Positions 48,033 to 63,700 of a DNA stretch of 64,000 bases are shown one piece after another. The first letter of the stretch is position 1; each line of letters starts with the position of its first letter. Origin of the DNA: Neoechinorhynchus agilis (Eukaryota; Animalia; Acanthocephala). The stretch covers positions 9,092,784 to 9,156,783 of the forward strand of contig CM121341.1 in the NCBI GenBank assembly GCA_051530055.1, in the 5' to 3' direction. The position numbers and the translations under genes were made by a program. The notes under the pieces are model-generated. The model ran no database searches, was not told the origin of the DNA, and saw only the letters and a program-made list of their open reading frames with translations.

Positions 48033-51000
48033 ATGATCACGTCCAATACTCATAGCCTCAAAGGTTCTGAATGTCGCTCAAATTACACTTGTCTAGGATA
48101 CACCTGCACTCACATTTACTCACCAAAACAAAGACGTGCATTCGGAGAATATGAGTTTATCAGCAGTTTCGGGTATGTAACAAGAAAGTTTTATAAACTC
48201 TTCGCAATGTCATTAGAACTATCTAAGTGATCTGGAGGTTCTTTAGGCAACCATAATTCCCAAATAAGTCATTTTGATTTCTTTTTTGAGGGGTTTCGTT
48301 CGTTAGGTGCAAAAAATGCATTTATCGATCAAAATCTGTTAGTGTTCAAGGTCTATTTGATTGAGCGGCCGAATTGAAACTTCTCAATGTATAAAACGAC
48401 GTAGTGTCTTTGAATCGGCGTAAAATAAGTGTCTAAGATTATTAAAAAGATCTCAATTATTACTTCAAAAAGAATTGTATTTAAATATATCCCAAGCTAA
48501 ACTTTTTTAAAATTCGGATCTCTGCTTAAAAATCCACATTTAGATGCATAAATGTGACCGCTGCTGATTTATCATATTTCATCGCTTGCATGAACGATGA
48601 CAATCGTGAATATATCGATTGTTGTGCTGGTAATCATTGCAATGCCGCAACAAATGTCACTGCTAAAGTGTTGGATTATTTACTGGGAGCTGACCGAGAT
48701 GGATTTTTGAACAATAGAGCATATGTAGTTCGTAAGGAAGCCGTTCCGGATAAAGGGGAAGTTCGCAGGCTTGGAATAATTGACCCCCGACCAAACTTTT
48801 TAAGCGTTCATTTTTGAAATCGTTTGTGGTTCGATCTATTGACGACCCATTGGAGTCCGTAAAGGTGGAACTTATACTCTTTCTTATATATATCAGTTAT
48901 TTACTATATTTATTTTTGTTTGTCCATTCAGTGACAATAAATCCATCTATTTTTTAATTTTTATAGTTTACGATCTTTGTCTTTAAATGCATTACGTCGT
49001 TCGACTAACATTTTCACTTCTAAATTCCGGTTCTTAAGCCAAAGTAATCCCATAAATGTAAAAAAGATAGTCCTCATAACATCACTCGTCCGCTTATCAT
49101 GAGAATCCGAGTCTCCAAACAAAAAATCTAGTTATCTGAAACGGCTTCGGTAAGCGATGGTTTACTGTACTGATTATTTCAATCGTAATTCTTATCCTGT
49201 TCATCATATTGATTGGTAGTTGTACAAAACAAAACCCCATCTACGACTCAAGCTCGTTTAGTGCCGGTCAAAAAGTTATTAGGTTTTAATTTTTAGTTTC
49301 CTCTACTTAAAAAGAGAACCATATACCATGTTTAGCGCTCTACTTCACCGTCGATGCCGATTTAAAGTTCATTCAAAAACAAACAATTTCATTCCGGTCA
49401 ACAACCCACACCTCTATGATAAATTGATACAAAAGGGTCATGATGGCATGTGTCCGCCGGTAGTGAACTCCAAACACGCTCCCGTCCCAGGGACACGGGA
49501 ATTCGACGATCTCCTCGACACAGCGAACCTTAACCAAGTCATGGAAGAGTTTTCAGGATCAGGATCCGGAGCTGGTCTTCCCTTACTTGTTCAAAGAACA
49601 TTAGCACGTCAGATCCGACTTGTTGAAATCATTGGAAAGGGTCGATTCGGAGAGGTATGGCTAGGAACATGGCACGATGACCCCGTTGCAGTTAAAATAT
49701 TCTCAGCTCGTGATGAACGGTCGTGGTTTAGAGAAACTGAAATTTACCAGACTGCTCTAATTAGACATGCAAATATTCTAGGATTTATTGCAGCCGATAA
49801 TATCGATACTGGCGCTTGGACGCAATTGTGGCTAGTTACAGACTATTATCCGGACGGATCATTGTACGATTATTTAGTTAAACATGTTGTAACCGTTGAG
49901 ACAATGCTCATAATGTTAACTTCAATCGCTACAGGCCTAAATCATCTTCATATTCAAATCGACGGATGTGAAGGTGCGTAAAATTGGTAGCTTTCGAAAT
50001 GTGATAGAAATAGAAGGCAATTATTAATCCATTAGACTTACATGTAATTTCTCTCTCTCCTAAAAGGAAATATTGATAGATTTCTTCTCTTGTAATTTGC
50101 GCTTTGTTCATCATCATCATAGTTATTGGCGCCATCAGATTATGAAATTTTCAATAAAGATTCCAAAACTATTTCCCCACATTTACTATCATATTGTAAG
50201 AAATCCTGGGAAAACTTTTGAAATACTCTTAGTGTTTTTAGAATCCTAACTTGAATGGACTGTTTGAATTAAACTCGTTATTTAGGATGAATCTCTTTTA
50301 TCAACTTTATTGAGCGGTTTAGATAAGCCAGCGATTGCCCATCGAGACTTGAAAAGCAAAAACATTCTCGTGAAACCGGACTACACATGTTGTATCGCTG
50401 ATTTCGGTTTGATTGGAAAATTCGATCGCACATTTTTTGATACTGCTTCCAAATAGGTCTCGCTGTCAAGCACGACGCTAGAAACAACAAAATTGATATT
50501 TTGCCAAACAGTAAAGCTGGAACCAATCGATATATGTCGCCTGAATGCTTACAAGGCAAACTTAACGTCAATTCATTCGATTCGTTCAAGCAATCGGACG
50601 TCTATTCATTGTCCCTTGTAATGTGGGAAGTTTGTTTTCGATGTGATGCGAATAACGGTAATGTCGTTCATTTACGGACTATTTAAAAAAATTGTGATCG
50701 TTTAGCTGGAAACGTACCGGGATATTGTCCTCCCTATGGCGAGTACACTAACGCTGATCCTAGTTTTGAGGAAATTCGAGAAGTTGTATGTGCGAAGAAA
50801 CTCAGACCAACCATTGAAACTACTTGGTTTCAGCACCCGGTTAGTCCTTCTCGCTCACTCCACACTCATCTTTTTTATATGCAGATCATCGGGAAGGTGG
50901 TTCGACTCATGAAGGAAAGCTGGTACGACGAACCAGCAGCACGATTATCTGCTCTAAGGATAAAAAAGACTTTAAATTTTGTTTTAACCGAACAACGTAG

Positions 51001-51037
51001 TGATTTTGGTGTTGGAGCCAATCGAATTCTTGTATAA
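48033..51037 (+). CDS. TGFBR1-like: TGF-beta/activin type I receptor kinase, ALK4/5/7 (Babo) type
   Basis: Cys-rich ectodomain pieces ([12 protein letters not shown]; CCAGNHCN), TM segment near 49160-49225, GS box [23 protein letters not shown]45 loop [33 protein letters not shown]; short canonical introns; true start not located. Confidence 0.92.
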
Positions 51038-51728
51038 AGAATAGATCGCCGTAGATTGTATGTGGTGAAATCGTGTGGGTGTGTTTTGATCGACAATTCA
51101 CCTTATTTTCTCCAAATGTTCGATTTTTGTATCGACGTCAAAGTAAACGAACAAGTAGATGAAGGTTATTTTTTAACAATTAGATTTTCATTTCGTATTT
51201 TTTGATGCGGATTTAGATTGTGCCGAAATATCGGATTTAATAAATTCTTTTAATTTCGTACGCCATAGCAAAAATACTTAGTCGGTAGACTGCTTGAGTG
51301 AGGCAAACTTGAGCATCTAACGAGGCAAATTTGGAAAAAATCCAATTGCGCTTTTGTCGATTCTAACGACTTCTATATAGTTAATTTTAAGCTTTAGAAA
51401 CTAAATAGGCCAACTTTATCGTGCTAGACTGAGTTGTGTTTTATTGGTTAACAAGTGGTGAAGCAACTTGACCTCGAATTTATCTTTTCCGCAAAAAATT
51501 ACTTTTATCTTTTATTGCGCTAATCTTAGACAACAGATTCATTATGATCACTTTGTGAGGTTTGCTGGCCTTGTCTCCTATGATGAATCCTATTGCAATC
51601 GTATGAAAGCTTTCTCAAACGGATTTACCTACAAACCTTGGTGTCTGAGGTGAAGCTCGTACAAAATCCATTGAGCTGTCACTTTCAATAGGCTAAAATT
51701 GTTTGAATTTTGCGGTTAAATATAAGTT

Positions 51729-54700
51729 TTAAATCGTTTTTACCATATAATCTCGCCTACTAAAAAGGCGCTCCTTTATCCTTGACTTTGCGCCAAGTCC
51801 TTTTGACCTTGAATGAACTTTTCGATGAAAGGTGAAAGACGACGTAGTCGAGTCGTATAACGGTCCTCCTAAATGCCTTGAATCTGTTTCCTGCTCTGGA
51901 TAAGTTGAACTAATTTGATCTGATGTTGTCTCCTGGGTACTACTATGGGAAATATGGCCAATTGTTGTCTGTGTGGCCTTCTTTTGAATCTTCTTATGAT
52001 AGCTTTCGAAAAGACCGGTGATCTTAGCCACGTCTATTTTCTGTATCTTTTTTTTCGTTGGTTTATGTCGCTTTCCATGAGATGGACCTGCTAAGCCTTG
52101 TCCTGTTTGCCTTCCAGTGCCATACACTGCGGCTGCAATCGATTTTTCTTCAAGTTTGCACTTCGATGGTCCATCGTGTGATTCTTGAGCAATCGAAGAT
52201 GATCCTTGAGCTTAAAGGAGTTATTTTAGCTATAATGATGGACTTTATAATCTTGTACCGATCGATTGCTTTATTCGTTTAAGTTCATCCTTTAGACTGC
52301 TAAGAACCACAGATCGATTTACGAATTTTACTTTACTATTGCCTTCCAGTCGTGATTCGAGCATCTTTAATCTTTCGATATCTATCGATCCGTCCATACC
52401 GAATGTTTGTATCTATTTCACATAGAATTTGATGTGTTATTTTCGTTATGATTGAAACCAACCATGTATTGCAGAGATGTTCGCATGAATAAAAATAAAG
52501 GATTCCGTGTGAAGATAATAAATTCGACAAAAGCAAGGACTGAATCAATAGGCACTCCTTGCATTTGTCTAGTGAATAAGAGCTTTATACTATTGCTTAG
52601 TCTTGTCCAGTCCTTTTCCAAATATTGAGAATATCCCGTTATTATTATCTTTAATGCTAAAAAGGCGATTAAAAAATCGGATTTTCTCGAAAAAAAGAGA
52701 AATACTTTATGATTTTTTAGGAACTACATTTTCGAATAATACTAAATTTCAGTGTGATTCACAGATGTGCGAATTCAGAGCAAAAGTTTTATTTTCGAAT
52801 ATAAAATTAAAGCTCGATTGTAGATGAGCACAAAATTGTCTAAAAATGTATACTTTACCTAATAGAGCAGTTCTAAACAAATGTTCCTTGGCTTGTTTTG
52901 TAGTTTTTTGTGTTATATTGGTGGATAGAAGTGCTTCTCCGACAGTGAGGTGTTGTCTTTGAACTGAAAGGGCACTCGGGACTTTGCTTTGTGGTCTGAT
53001 GACTTCAAGGACAGATCCAAGAATAAAGTGCACATCTTGGGTATTGAAGAATGGAGCATCTTTGAGATTGATTAGTTATAGTCTGTCGCTAAGAACGAAC
53101 CTTTTCTATTGCTAACTGCCCAAAATAAAAGCGGAATTAGGAATTGAATATACAAATTGAGAACAGAGTTATTGCTGGCTAATAAAGCTCCATTTACCAT
53201 CGGCTCGAGATTTGGAGTTTCCTGTTCATAACATTTTTAAATGACGAAAAAAAAAGAGAGGATATGAACCCTCAGTAAATGTAGATATCGCCCACTTAAC
53301 TTTATTACGGCACACCGAAACGATTGGTCGTGGGCAGGTGGAGGCTCTATTGTTGTTCCTTCATTGAGTACCAATAAGATGCAGTTGGTCACGACGTTCT
53401 ATCGACGAGGTTAGAGAAATAAAATAAAATTTTAAGCCAAAACTAACTCTGACTTGAGAATAATGTGCCAAGGATGGAAACTTTCCAAGTGTGGAGAACA
53501 AACCAGTCAATATACCTGCCATCGCGTCGAAATTTACATTCCTCTGTTAAAGAAATTTTCAGACTGTTCTTAGACTGATTACACAAACCTTGACGAAATT
53601 CAGTTTTATTACGGGCCTCTTTGTAGATTTACTGAAACATCTATCAACTCTTCTTAGCAGGTTAAGAAACGAAGGTCGAATCTCGTTCTCCCTCCAGTCT
53701 GTTGCTGGACACAAGTCTTGGAAATAACTGAAATAAGATGCAAAAGGAAACATTTGTGGAATTCATGATTATAAAATGATAATGTTCGCTATCATATTTC
53801 CTTTTGAAAATTTGTTAAAGAAATGTTTGCAATTTTCCCATAAATTATTTTAATTGTCATCAATTGAAATAATTTTGAAAAATCATCAACAAACAAATAA
53901 AAATAGCGAATATAGATATACCATTTAAATTATTAGATAATTAATGTTGATAAAACAACGAACCAGTAAGGCATTATAAAAACGAAGTTAGAACTGGTAA
54001 ACTTTTTATCGAAAAACCAATTTCACTGCATAGTAATTTGTCCATAAATTCAAGATACCTTTGTAGACCTTTACATGCCAAAGCTTGATGTTCATGTGCT
54101 CCCAACTTGAGAAGAAACTGTGCCATTTCCGCAAGACGATTATGGGATTTAAAATCAAGAACTTCCGGTAAACGGAAAGTTCTGTCGTTCAATAGCTTGT
54201 AGATTTCATCGTATCTATTAGTGGTCCATTTGACATAAGTCGAAACAATCGATAGAATTCGATCACGTGGAAGTCTTAATTCCTGCCCAATGTCCATACC
54301 ATCATCCATTCCACGGATCTTTTGTCTTGTAGTATCATCCAACCTTACGGACTCGTCTTCAATTGCAAAACTTGGTGAATGATTCGATTTCTTCGGTCCA
54401 CGGTGGTACACAGGATTCTCGTGTTTAAGATTAACGAAGCCGCGACTGTTTTTGTGAGATACACAATGAATTATTAGGCGATAGCGAATTTATTCGCAAA
54501 CCTCGATAAAGTTTCACCGGCGGTTACAAGAGTGATCATAGATACCATTATGGTTTGAAGGTCTGCGATTTCCTTCTTTGCGTTCGCGATCGAGGGACGT
54601 TGATATGTTCGGTTCTTGAGGTGTTTTAAGAGACAAGGAAGGATGTAGTCGAGAATACCCTGTAAGTAATTAAAATGAAATAATCAATAAATACAAAATA

Positions 54701-57700
54701 TTATGCGCTACCAATATCTGGACTGATCTAGCTGCCGATGGAGCGAATGCAATCACAGTGACACAAATATTGATTGATGCAAGTGCATTAAACTGATTAT
54801 CGTCTTCAGAATAGCAAAAATCCTGTATCAACTAAACGTTCAACAGTTCCCATGAATGAGTTTAACTCACAAGTGAAGTTATGTTCTTGTCCAATACCAT
54901 TAACTGTAAAATGTCCCATCGATCGACTAATTCCTTCTCGAACGACAGCAACAACTTACAAATTGTATCAGCGCCTTCTCGAGTCTTTTCTTAATGTATT
55001 GATTTCTAACGAATTTAATGAACTTATACTCACAATTGGATCAAACATATTCTGGTCATCAGAATCGAGAAGCGAAGACAGACTACCAAATAACTAAAAA
55101 ATTTAAAAAGTTTGCCATAATTTTGTTGAACTAAATATTTAAAGATTTAATAATTGTGTCGAACGTTATATTAAGTTTATTTATCTATCAGGACTACAAA
55201 TGTTTCAAGATTTCAGAAAACTTAAGTTTGACAATAACGTTTAATATAATGTTCGGTTTCCAACCCCAAAAAGACAAGAGTTTAGCTTTTTGTAAAAAAC
55301 ATTTAAGCGATAGCGGGTTTTAAGGAATTTTTTATATCAACTAATTTTAGACTTATTAAAACAAAATTAGAATCTAAAAACCTGCGTTTTGTTCTTTTAC
55401 AAAAACATCAAAAGAAACAATTAGAAAATCTAGATGACTGGACGAGATACAGATATCCCGGATATTTTTAAAAGTATTTAATGAAAAAATTGACCGTTCT
55501 TAGCGCAAAAAATAAGCATTTTGGTGCAGCGGGGCAATGCGGCTAGCATTTTGGCCAGCGCCGATGAATAGGAGCGTTGATTAAACTATAAATTATGTAT
55601 GCTTGCTTAAAAAAATTGAGAAGTAAAAAAATTTGATACCATTATTTCGCGGCATATCTTCGTGGATAAGTAAAATTTCGAACCTGTAAGATAAATGGAA
55701 TCCGGTGAAGAATATAAAACTGTTTGCATGTAAATTCGACCGCTTGACAGAGACTCTTATTGCTTTGCGTTGAAGCATAAATTGCGAGAAGAGCTGGCAG
55801 GATGAGCATGTACCTATTAAGAAATTTTCCAATAAATCAGCCAATGAAAAAAAATTGATATTACCCATTTATCTCAAAAATATGTTTAAAATACCGAGCA
55901 AGATTAATATAGGTAGCCATAATAAGTCGAATTAATGCATAGTTCTCCGAGTGAGTAAGCAGACTTCCACTAACGACATTGATGTGAATAGAAATATCGT
56001 AGATTGTCAAAGTGGCTGGATCCATGTTGAACAGAACCATTGTGAGAAGCTTTGAATCCGGAGTTGTTGGCTATAAAACTCAGAAGGGATCTTTACCTTG
56101 ATCCAGCAGATCTTATGAGACACATCCAAATTCATAAGTTCTTGTTTCATAACCTTGAACGACATATCGTAGTCGGACTCTAAAGGTTTTCTTGGAAAAC
56201 TCGGACATTTGAACAAGTCGTCAAATATTATTGAGGAAAGAATACGGATCTATATGAACATTGTAAGCTTGCTAAAAACCACGAGAAAGTACCTGATCAT
56301 TTGGAATTGCGCTTAAAATATTATTAATCAGCAATACTTTGCTAATTTCACCAATTTTAATTGAAAATGCCTTTATTCGATATTTTTAGGTGTTTAGCAA
56401 GAAAATAGAGGCAAATACATACGACAACTTCCATTTTTTTATATGCTTCCTTTGTAGCAATATTTCGAAGTGACAGTTGCGGATAGATGTTTCGTTTGAA
56501 AAAATAAAAATCTCTAACGTATGTCTCCGGTAACATAATTTGACCTTTTTTACATAAATAAATTGCCCAAAAAAGAAGGTTTTTAGACCTGTTTTATTAT
56601 CCGTCAAATGACATTTATCTTTCTTTGAATCAGGAATTCCGAAAAATACTCTACTTTCCTGAAGAACTGTATTGAATTTCATATCCTGAGTTCAATGATG
56701 GCTATGAAAAGGAATTAGAGAAATATTTACTTACATCTTGGACCATTATTTGAGTGGGGATTTGACTCATATCTAAGCCATTAACAATCACCTTTTTGGT
56801 TGTTGGAACTGACGCTGTTATCAGTATTGATAACTATTTGTATTTCAAGTAAATTTTATCTATTTTCTCCATGCATACCTCGCATTGCTCTTTACGCAGG
56901 AGCTGTTTAAAATCTTTCCAGGAAAAGTTCTTCACGTGTGGCATACACTATTTTTTAAACGTTTTTCAAGAAATTAAAAATTAAAAAAATACCATCCAGA
57001 GCAAAGATAAAGTTGCGTTCACGCAATCCGCATATCCTTCCGCTGGAGTTCGTACGAAATTCATTAAAAGTCCAAGCTTTTTAAAAATATCTTAATGTTT
57101 CTTTAAGCTATAAAGTACTCACAAGACAATTAAAGAAAATATAAGCCGCTTGTGGAGGTATACTTATAAAATGAATGAATAATTTCTTCACTGTTTGCAT
57201 GGCTTTTTTCTAAATTCCATTTTTTTTAATCTACAGCGATTATAATAGTAGAACAAACCGTTCGATCTCTATGAGTAACTTTCTCCATGAAGAACCGTGA
57301 GAATAAATGCGGATCTTCGACAAGACACGACCAAACAATCGATCGAGCCAATTCAGATACTAAAAATTAAAGTATTGCTTTTCAATAAGTCATAAAATTA
57401 ACCTGTGCTTCCGTTCTTACAAATTTCCTCTTCATCTTCCAGTAAATTAACCAATGAGATTACAGCCCGACCAAGACTTGCCGGAAATGCTGGTTGTGCA
57501 ACTTGTACAGTTTCTTCAAACATCATCTTTTCGTCCTCCAATTGTTCATCTTCCACCGCATCCGAAGTCACTTGTCCTCCCGTGCCACCACCACCACCGG
57601 CGCCGCCTCCACCGCCACCGCCGCCGCCACCACCAGCACTAACTAATCCACCTGCGACATTTGCAGCAGCACTTTGAGCCGATTTTGTATAGTGCATGAT

Positions 57701-60700
57701 GGTCTCCGACGATGCACTCTGCAAAAGTGCCACATTTGAAATAACGAAATTCTCACGAGCCACACGTCTCGTAATTTCCTCCCTATGCAAAGCCTTCCTT
57801 AGATTCTCTTGCTGGTGCTTTTTGCGACTTTTACTCGCAGTCACAACCGCACGGACTTCATCTTGGCTTACGGCAACTTCTTCAACTCGATTTCTTGACC
57901 GTGGTAGCCAGCATGGATCAATCATGTGAACAAGAGGATTTCCAATTTGAGGAGACGGCATTGCAAAGTCAATCGCCGGCGGCAAGATCTTATAAAAGGC
58001 CTGAGCACCTTCTTCGACTCTCATCCAAAACTGATAACGTTGACTCCAGAGTACATGGAACCGGCATACGGCATTGTATCTGATAAGAGCCGACGGATTT
58101 TCGAATTCTCTTAAAAGAAGTTGTTCAACAATCACCGGGGATTTTGCAGCTGCCAAAATAAAGACCGTGGCTAAAGTTGTTAAAAAAAGATGGCAACGAA
58201 TTAAAATTATTATATTTACCGGCCGTAGCAGAAAGCTCTGCATTTCCATCAAGAAGTAACTCCCAAGTTGTATAGAGGACGCCGTTAAAGCTATTCTCAT
58301 CGAGAGGACCGGAATTTTTGCATAGAGTCATCAGAGGAACATGTGCCAAAGTCCTAGCCTATTCGACGTACTATTGGAATTTCTGGTCTTTATTAAAGAT
58401 AATTTAGAAATCGAATATTTTATATGATCGATCCAATCTTAAAACATATGACACTGACCTGAAAATAATCGGAGAATACAGTATTAGCGTATTTCATTGC
58501 AAATGTCTCCGTTCGTTTCGATTGAACGTGATCGACATCTTTTGCAACACCAGGAGCACAACGATAACTTAAAAGGGATGAAATCTAAAAAATTTAATGA
58601 GAAAAACCTTGCGATATTTAAGCAACCGCAAACCCGTTTATTTTGTCGGTCGACAATATTTTGAAGGAACTCTTGTTCCTCACTGAGTGAAGTTTGACTT
58701 TTGAGGATGTTTAGATTAGATTCTCGGCATAATCGGTAGGCAGCTCGGACCAACAACCATGAACTTTCACTTTGCCGATCGAAGCAATTATAGGCGCAAT
58801 TCTCGCCATGTTCGCAAACGACATTTGTGCTGCCAAGAAGTCTCACAATTACATAAAGCCATGAGAGGGATTTCTTCGATTCATTTTCTTCTTGTGTTGC
58901 TCTAGCTGTTGGATTATTTTCCTCGTTCAAAGAACTTCCCGTACGTGAAGCGCTTTGTCCTATATCGTCCGAATGAACGCTTCCTCTACATTTTACAGAC
59001 ATATTCCGACTTAATTCACGGCTTGTGTGTCTTCGGTTTAAAAGAATACTGGATTGTCTCTGCTTAGCACTTGTTTTTCGGGCGCTGTATTTATCCACTT
59101 CATCTGGACCGATTGTACTTGTGCAAGAATCGTTTCGTTCATCAATAACCAATGGTTCTACATTAGAAGCACTAGACGACTGAAAAGAGAATATGCTTCC
59201 TCGGGTTTTTCTTTCTAAAGCCCGGCTCATTCGTTGTCTCCGAAAAGGTGGCACGTGAGCTCTCTGACTGGTTAAAAGATTGGATTCTCTGATATAAATC
59301 GTGATTTCTAACAAGAGAAGAGCTGCCAACATTCTAAGTCCGTATGGACATTTCGTTGTGGAATCGTTTGTAAATGACTCAATGTAAAGGTCATTCATTG
59401 TACTCGTCGACCAGTATTTGCTCCTATTCTCTTCATTATCTTCTTTATCGAAGGTTGCATCAAGTTGGATAGCAATCACCTAATTTTGAATGAGATTATA
59501 ATGAATCGAAGCATCGGAAATGGCTCACATCCGCCCAAAGCAGAAATGTGCGCCGAACATTCATTTCTACGCTCTTTTTCTTAGTAGTTGGGAATGAAAC
59601 AACCGATATCCTTTGTGATCCCATCTGAGTCCAGGCTGGCCATTGACCTGCTGAACATTTATGAACAAAATCAATGCACTCAAGAATATATGCGGCTTTT
59701 GTGACCACTGGCGCTTCCTTTTAAATACATTTTAATGCAGTAATCCACATTAAAAATGTTTGCTTACCAATTCGAATAATACACTGAGGAATAAAAGATC
59801 CGGCACGCTTATCAATGGACAATTGTCCATCAGGAATCGTGCAGCTCGTATTGAATTATGCGCTGATTGAAGGTCGATATAGTGGACTTCCTCGTTCTTT
59901 GCAGTTATACGGCCAGTATCAATACTTGATCCCATCGCTTTAAATTTAGAATATATTTCAATTGGAGTATGCACAGCATGTATTTACTTACATTGAGCGG
60001 TCGACTTAAATGTCTTCATTTTGGAAGAGAGGTTAGGACTCTGCGTACGATAATCTTTATCAATCGAATCTCTAGAGGGCTGCATTTGTTGTAGGCTGAT
60101 CGATTTCACTGCCTTATCTTCTTCATCTGAGTCACCTTCTTTGGACCTGGAAATCGAGATAAAATTTCAAAATACAAATAACTGATCACAAATCAACTAA
60201 TTTTTAGTCGGCATAAATGCGCCTTCCAAATTTTTCTAACAAGAAAAAAAAGTTGTTTTTGCTTATTGTGACCAGATACGCACAAAATCCAATTAATTGA
60301 ATGTGCTTTTGAAAGATTCGTCAAGCAAAAGTTTCTTAAATTATGTTAATATGAATGAAATCAGGAACTAGAAGAGAAAACGCAAAGAAAAAATAGACGT
60401 TCTTAAAGAATAAAATGGTCAACACCTCCACAAATCAACTAATTTTTAGTCGGCATAAATGCTTTTAGTCGGCATAAATGCGCCTTCCAAATTTTTCTAA
60501 CAAGAAAAAAAGTTGGTTTTGCTTATTGTGACCAGATACGCACAAAATCCAATTAATTGAATGTGCTTTTGAAAGATTCGTCAAGCAAAAGTTTCTTAAA
60601 TTATGTTAATATGAGTGAAATCAGGAACTAGAGAAGAAAACGCAAAGAAAAAATAGACGTTCTTAAAGAATAAAATGGTCAACACCTCCACAAATCAACT

Positions 60701-63700
60701 AATTTTTAGTCGGGATAAATGCGCCTTCCAAATTTTTCTAACAAGAAAAAAAGTTGTTTTTGCTTATTGTGACCAGATACGCACAAAATCCAATTGATTG
60801 AATATGCTTTTGAAAGATTCGTCAAGCAAAAGTTTCTTAAATTATGTTAATATGAGTGAAATCAGGAACTAGAGAAGAAAACGCAAAGAAAAAATAGACG
60901 TTCTTAAAGAATAAAATGTTCAAAACCTCCACAAATCAACTAATTTTTAGTCGGCATAAATGCATAAATGCGCCTTCCAAATTTTTCTAACAAGAAAAAA
61001 AGTTGTTTTTGCTTATTGTGACCAGATACGCACAAAATCCAATTAATTGAATATGCTTTTGAAAGATTCGTCAAGCAAAAGTTTCTTAAATTATGTTAAT
61101 ATGAGTGAAATCAGGAACTAGAGAAGAAAACGCAAAGAAAAAATAGACGTTCTTAAAGAATAAAATGTTCAAAACCTCCACAAATCAACTAATTTTTAGT
61201 CGGGATAAATGCGCCTTCCAAATTTTTCTAACAAGAAAAAAAGTTGTTTTTGCTTATTGTGACCAGATACGCACAAAATCCAATTAATTGAATATGCTTT
61301 TGAAAGATTCGTCAAGCAAAAGTTTCTTAAATTATGTTAATATGAGTGAAATCAGGAACTAGAGAAGAAAACGCAAAGAAAAAATAGACGTTCTTAAAGA
61401 ATAAAATGTTCAAAACCTCCACAAATCAACTAATTTTTAGTCGGCATAAATGCGCCTTCCAAATTTTTCTAACAAGAAAAAAAGTTGTTTTTGCTTATTG
61501 TGACCAGATACGCACAAAATCCAATTAATTGAATATGCTTTTGAAAGATTCGTCAAGCAAAAGTTTCTTAAATTATGTTAATATGAGTGAAATCAGGAAC
61601 TAGAGGAGAAAACGCAAAGAAAAAATAGACGTTCTTAAAGAATAAAATGTTCAAAACCTCCACAAATCAACTAATTTTAGTCGGCATAAATGCGCCTTCC
61701 AAATTTTTCTAACAAGAAAAAAGTTGTTTTTGCTTATTGTGACCAGATACGCACAAAATCCAATTAATTGAATATGCTTTTGAAAGATTCGTCAAGCAAA
61801 AGTTTCTTAAATTATGTTAATATGAGTGAAATCAGGAACTAGAAGAGAAAACGCAAAGAAAAAATAGACGTTCTTAAAGAATAAAATGTTCAAAACCTCC
61901 ACAAATCAACTAATTTTTAGTCGGCATAAATGCTTTTAGTCGGCATAAATGCGCCTTCCAAATTTTTCTAACAAGAAAAAAAGTTGTTTTTGCTTATTGT
62001 GACCAGATACGCACAAAATCAATTAATTGAATATGCTTTTGAAAGATTCGTCAAGCAAAAGTTCTTAAATTATGTTAATATGAGTGAAATCAGGAACTAG
62101 AGAAGAAAACGCAAAGAAAAAATAGACGTTCTTAAAGAATAAAATGTTCAAAACCTCCACAAATCAACTAATTTTTAGTCGGGATAAATGCGCCTTCCAA
62201 ATTTTTCTAACAAGAAAAAAAGTTGTTTTTGCTTATTGTGACCAGATACGCACAAAATCCAATTAATTGAATATGCTTTTGAAAGATTCGTCAAGCAAAA
62301 GTTTCTTAAATTATGTTAATATGAGTGAAATCAGGAACTAGAGAAGAAAACGCAAAGAAAAAATTGACGTTTTTAAAGAATAAAATGTTCAAAACCTCCA
62401 CAAATCAACTAATTTTTAGTCGGCATAAATGCTTTTAGTCGGCATAAATGCGCCTTCCAAATTTTTCTAACAAGAAAAAAAAGGTCAAGCAAAAGTTTCT
62501 TAAATTATGCTAATATGAATGAAATCAGGAACTAGAGAAGAAAACGCAAAGAAAAAATAGACGTTCTTAAAGAATAAAATGGTCAAAACTTATTATTGGT
62601 TATAAAAATGTACTTTGCCGAACCAAATCAAACCTTTCAAATGCGTTTTTCGCCATTTTAAATCTTTTTTGTGTCTTCAACATTGGTCCATAAGCAGTAC
62701 ACATGAAAGTGTCATTGAACGTTTCCTTGATATGGTACAACATTAGCCTCATATCTTCGAATATATTCTAAATTTGTGAGTAAAGGATTTCATGTAGTGT
62801 GTGTGTAAAGTACGCAAACCGAATTCTCCGGTTTTGTCAGCATATCCTGGCATTTGGCTAGTCGAATGATAAGTGGATCAAAAACAACACTGACAATCAT
62901 TGGAACAATTCCATGTGGTTGTTGACTTGGTGATTGGAAAATCGTTGATCTTTGAATCTGGACTACATTTACAAACTTTGTAATGTACGGAATAAGCAAA
63001 GAGCTAGTCGTCACCTGTCCATGGAATGGGTGCAGATTGACAAAATCCGGTCAGGGCATGTACCGTCTCCATTATAAAGTACAATTGACCTTGATTTATG
63101 AATTCCATCAAATATCTGTATCGAAAGTTCAATAGAACATGTAAATGAACAGGTTTAAACTACCGATTAAATTTCGGAGGGCAAATTTCCCTTACACGAA
63201 GAAGAGTCAATCTCACTTTAGATCTTAGATGTTCGCATTCAAGATTTTTTAGCGAACTGCAATAAGAGCAACCAAGTGATCGCATAATTCTAAAACAAAT
63301 GATGTTAGTGCATAAAATTAATTTGATACGTTAAAGATACCTCATACAAGTATCGATCGCGACAAAATAATTCTCTTCGTTCTGACCGGATACGTACTCG
63401 AGCCAAATGGATTCGTCAGACTTCTCTGGATTTTCAGAAAATGTTCCAATCGTAATAAGGACTTCTAAGATGTTTAAAACAACTCCAAACGCTGATGTCG
63501 ATTCCTCTTTGCAAACAACTGCGTGGATTCCTATCAAAATCGGCCCGTATGCGAGAAACCCATCATCCTTGGTAATGTACTCAATCGAACCAGAAGCTCC
63601 GGATGATTCCGTCAAACACCGGTAACTTAAGTTCGAGTCACTTAAACCACTGAATTCCAATCTATGAAACTCGTTGGAATCCCGTGATGTATGCTCCTAG

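Noticed and set aside
1200-62585. CRISPR array interpretation of the repeats
   Set aside because: Units are 100-420 bp head-to-tail with no unique spacers, no cas genes, and the context is eukaryotic.
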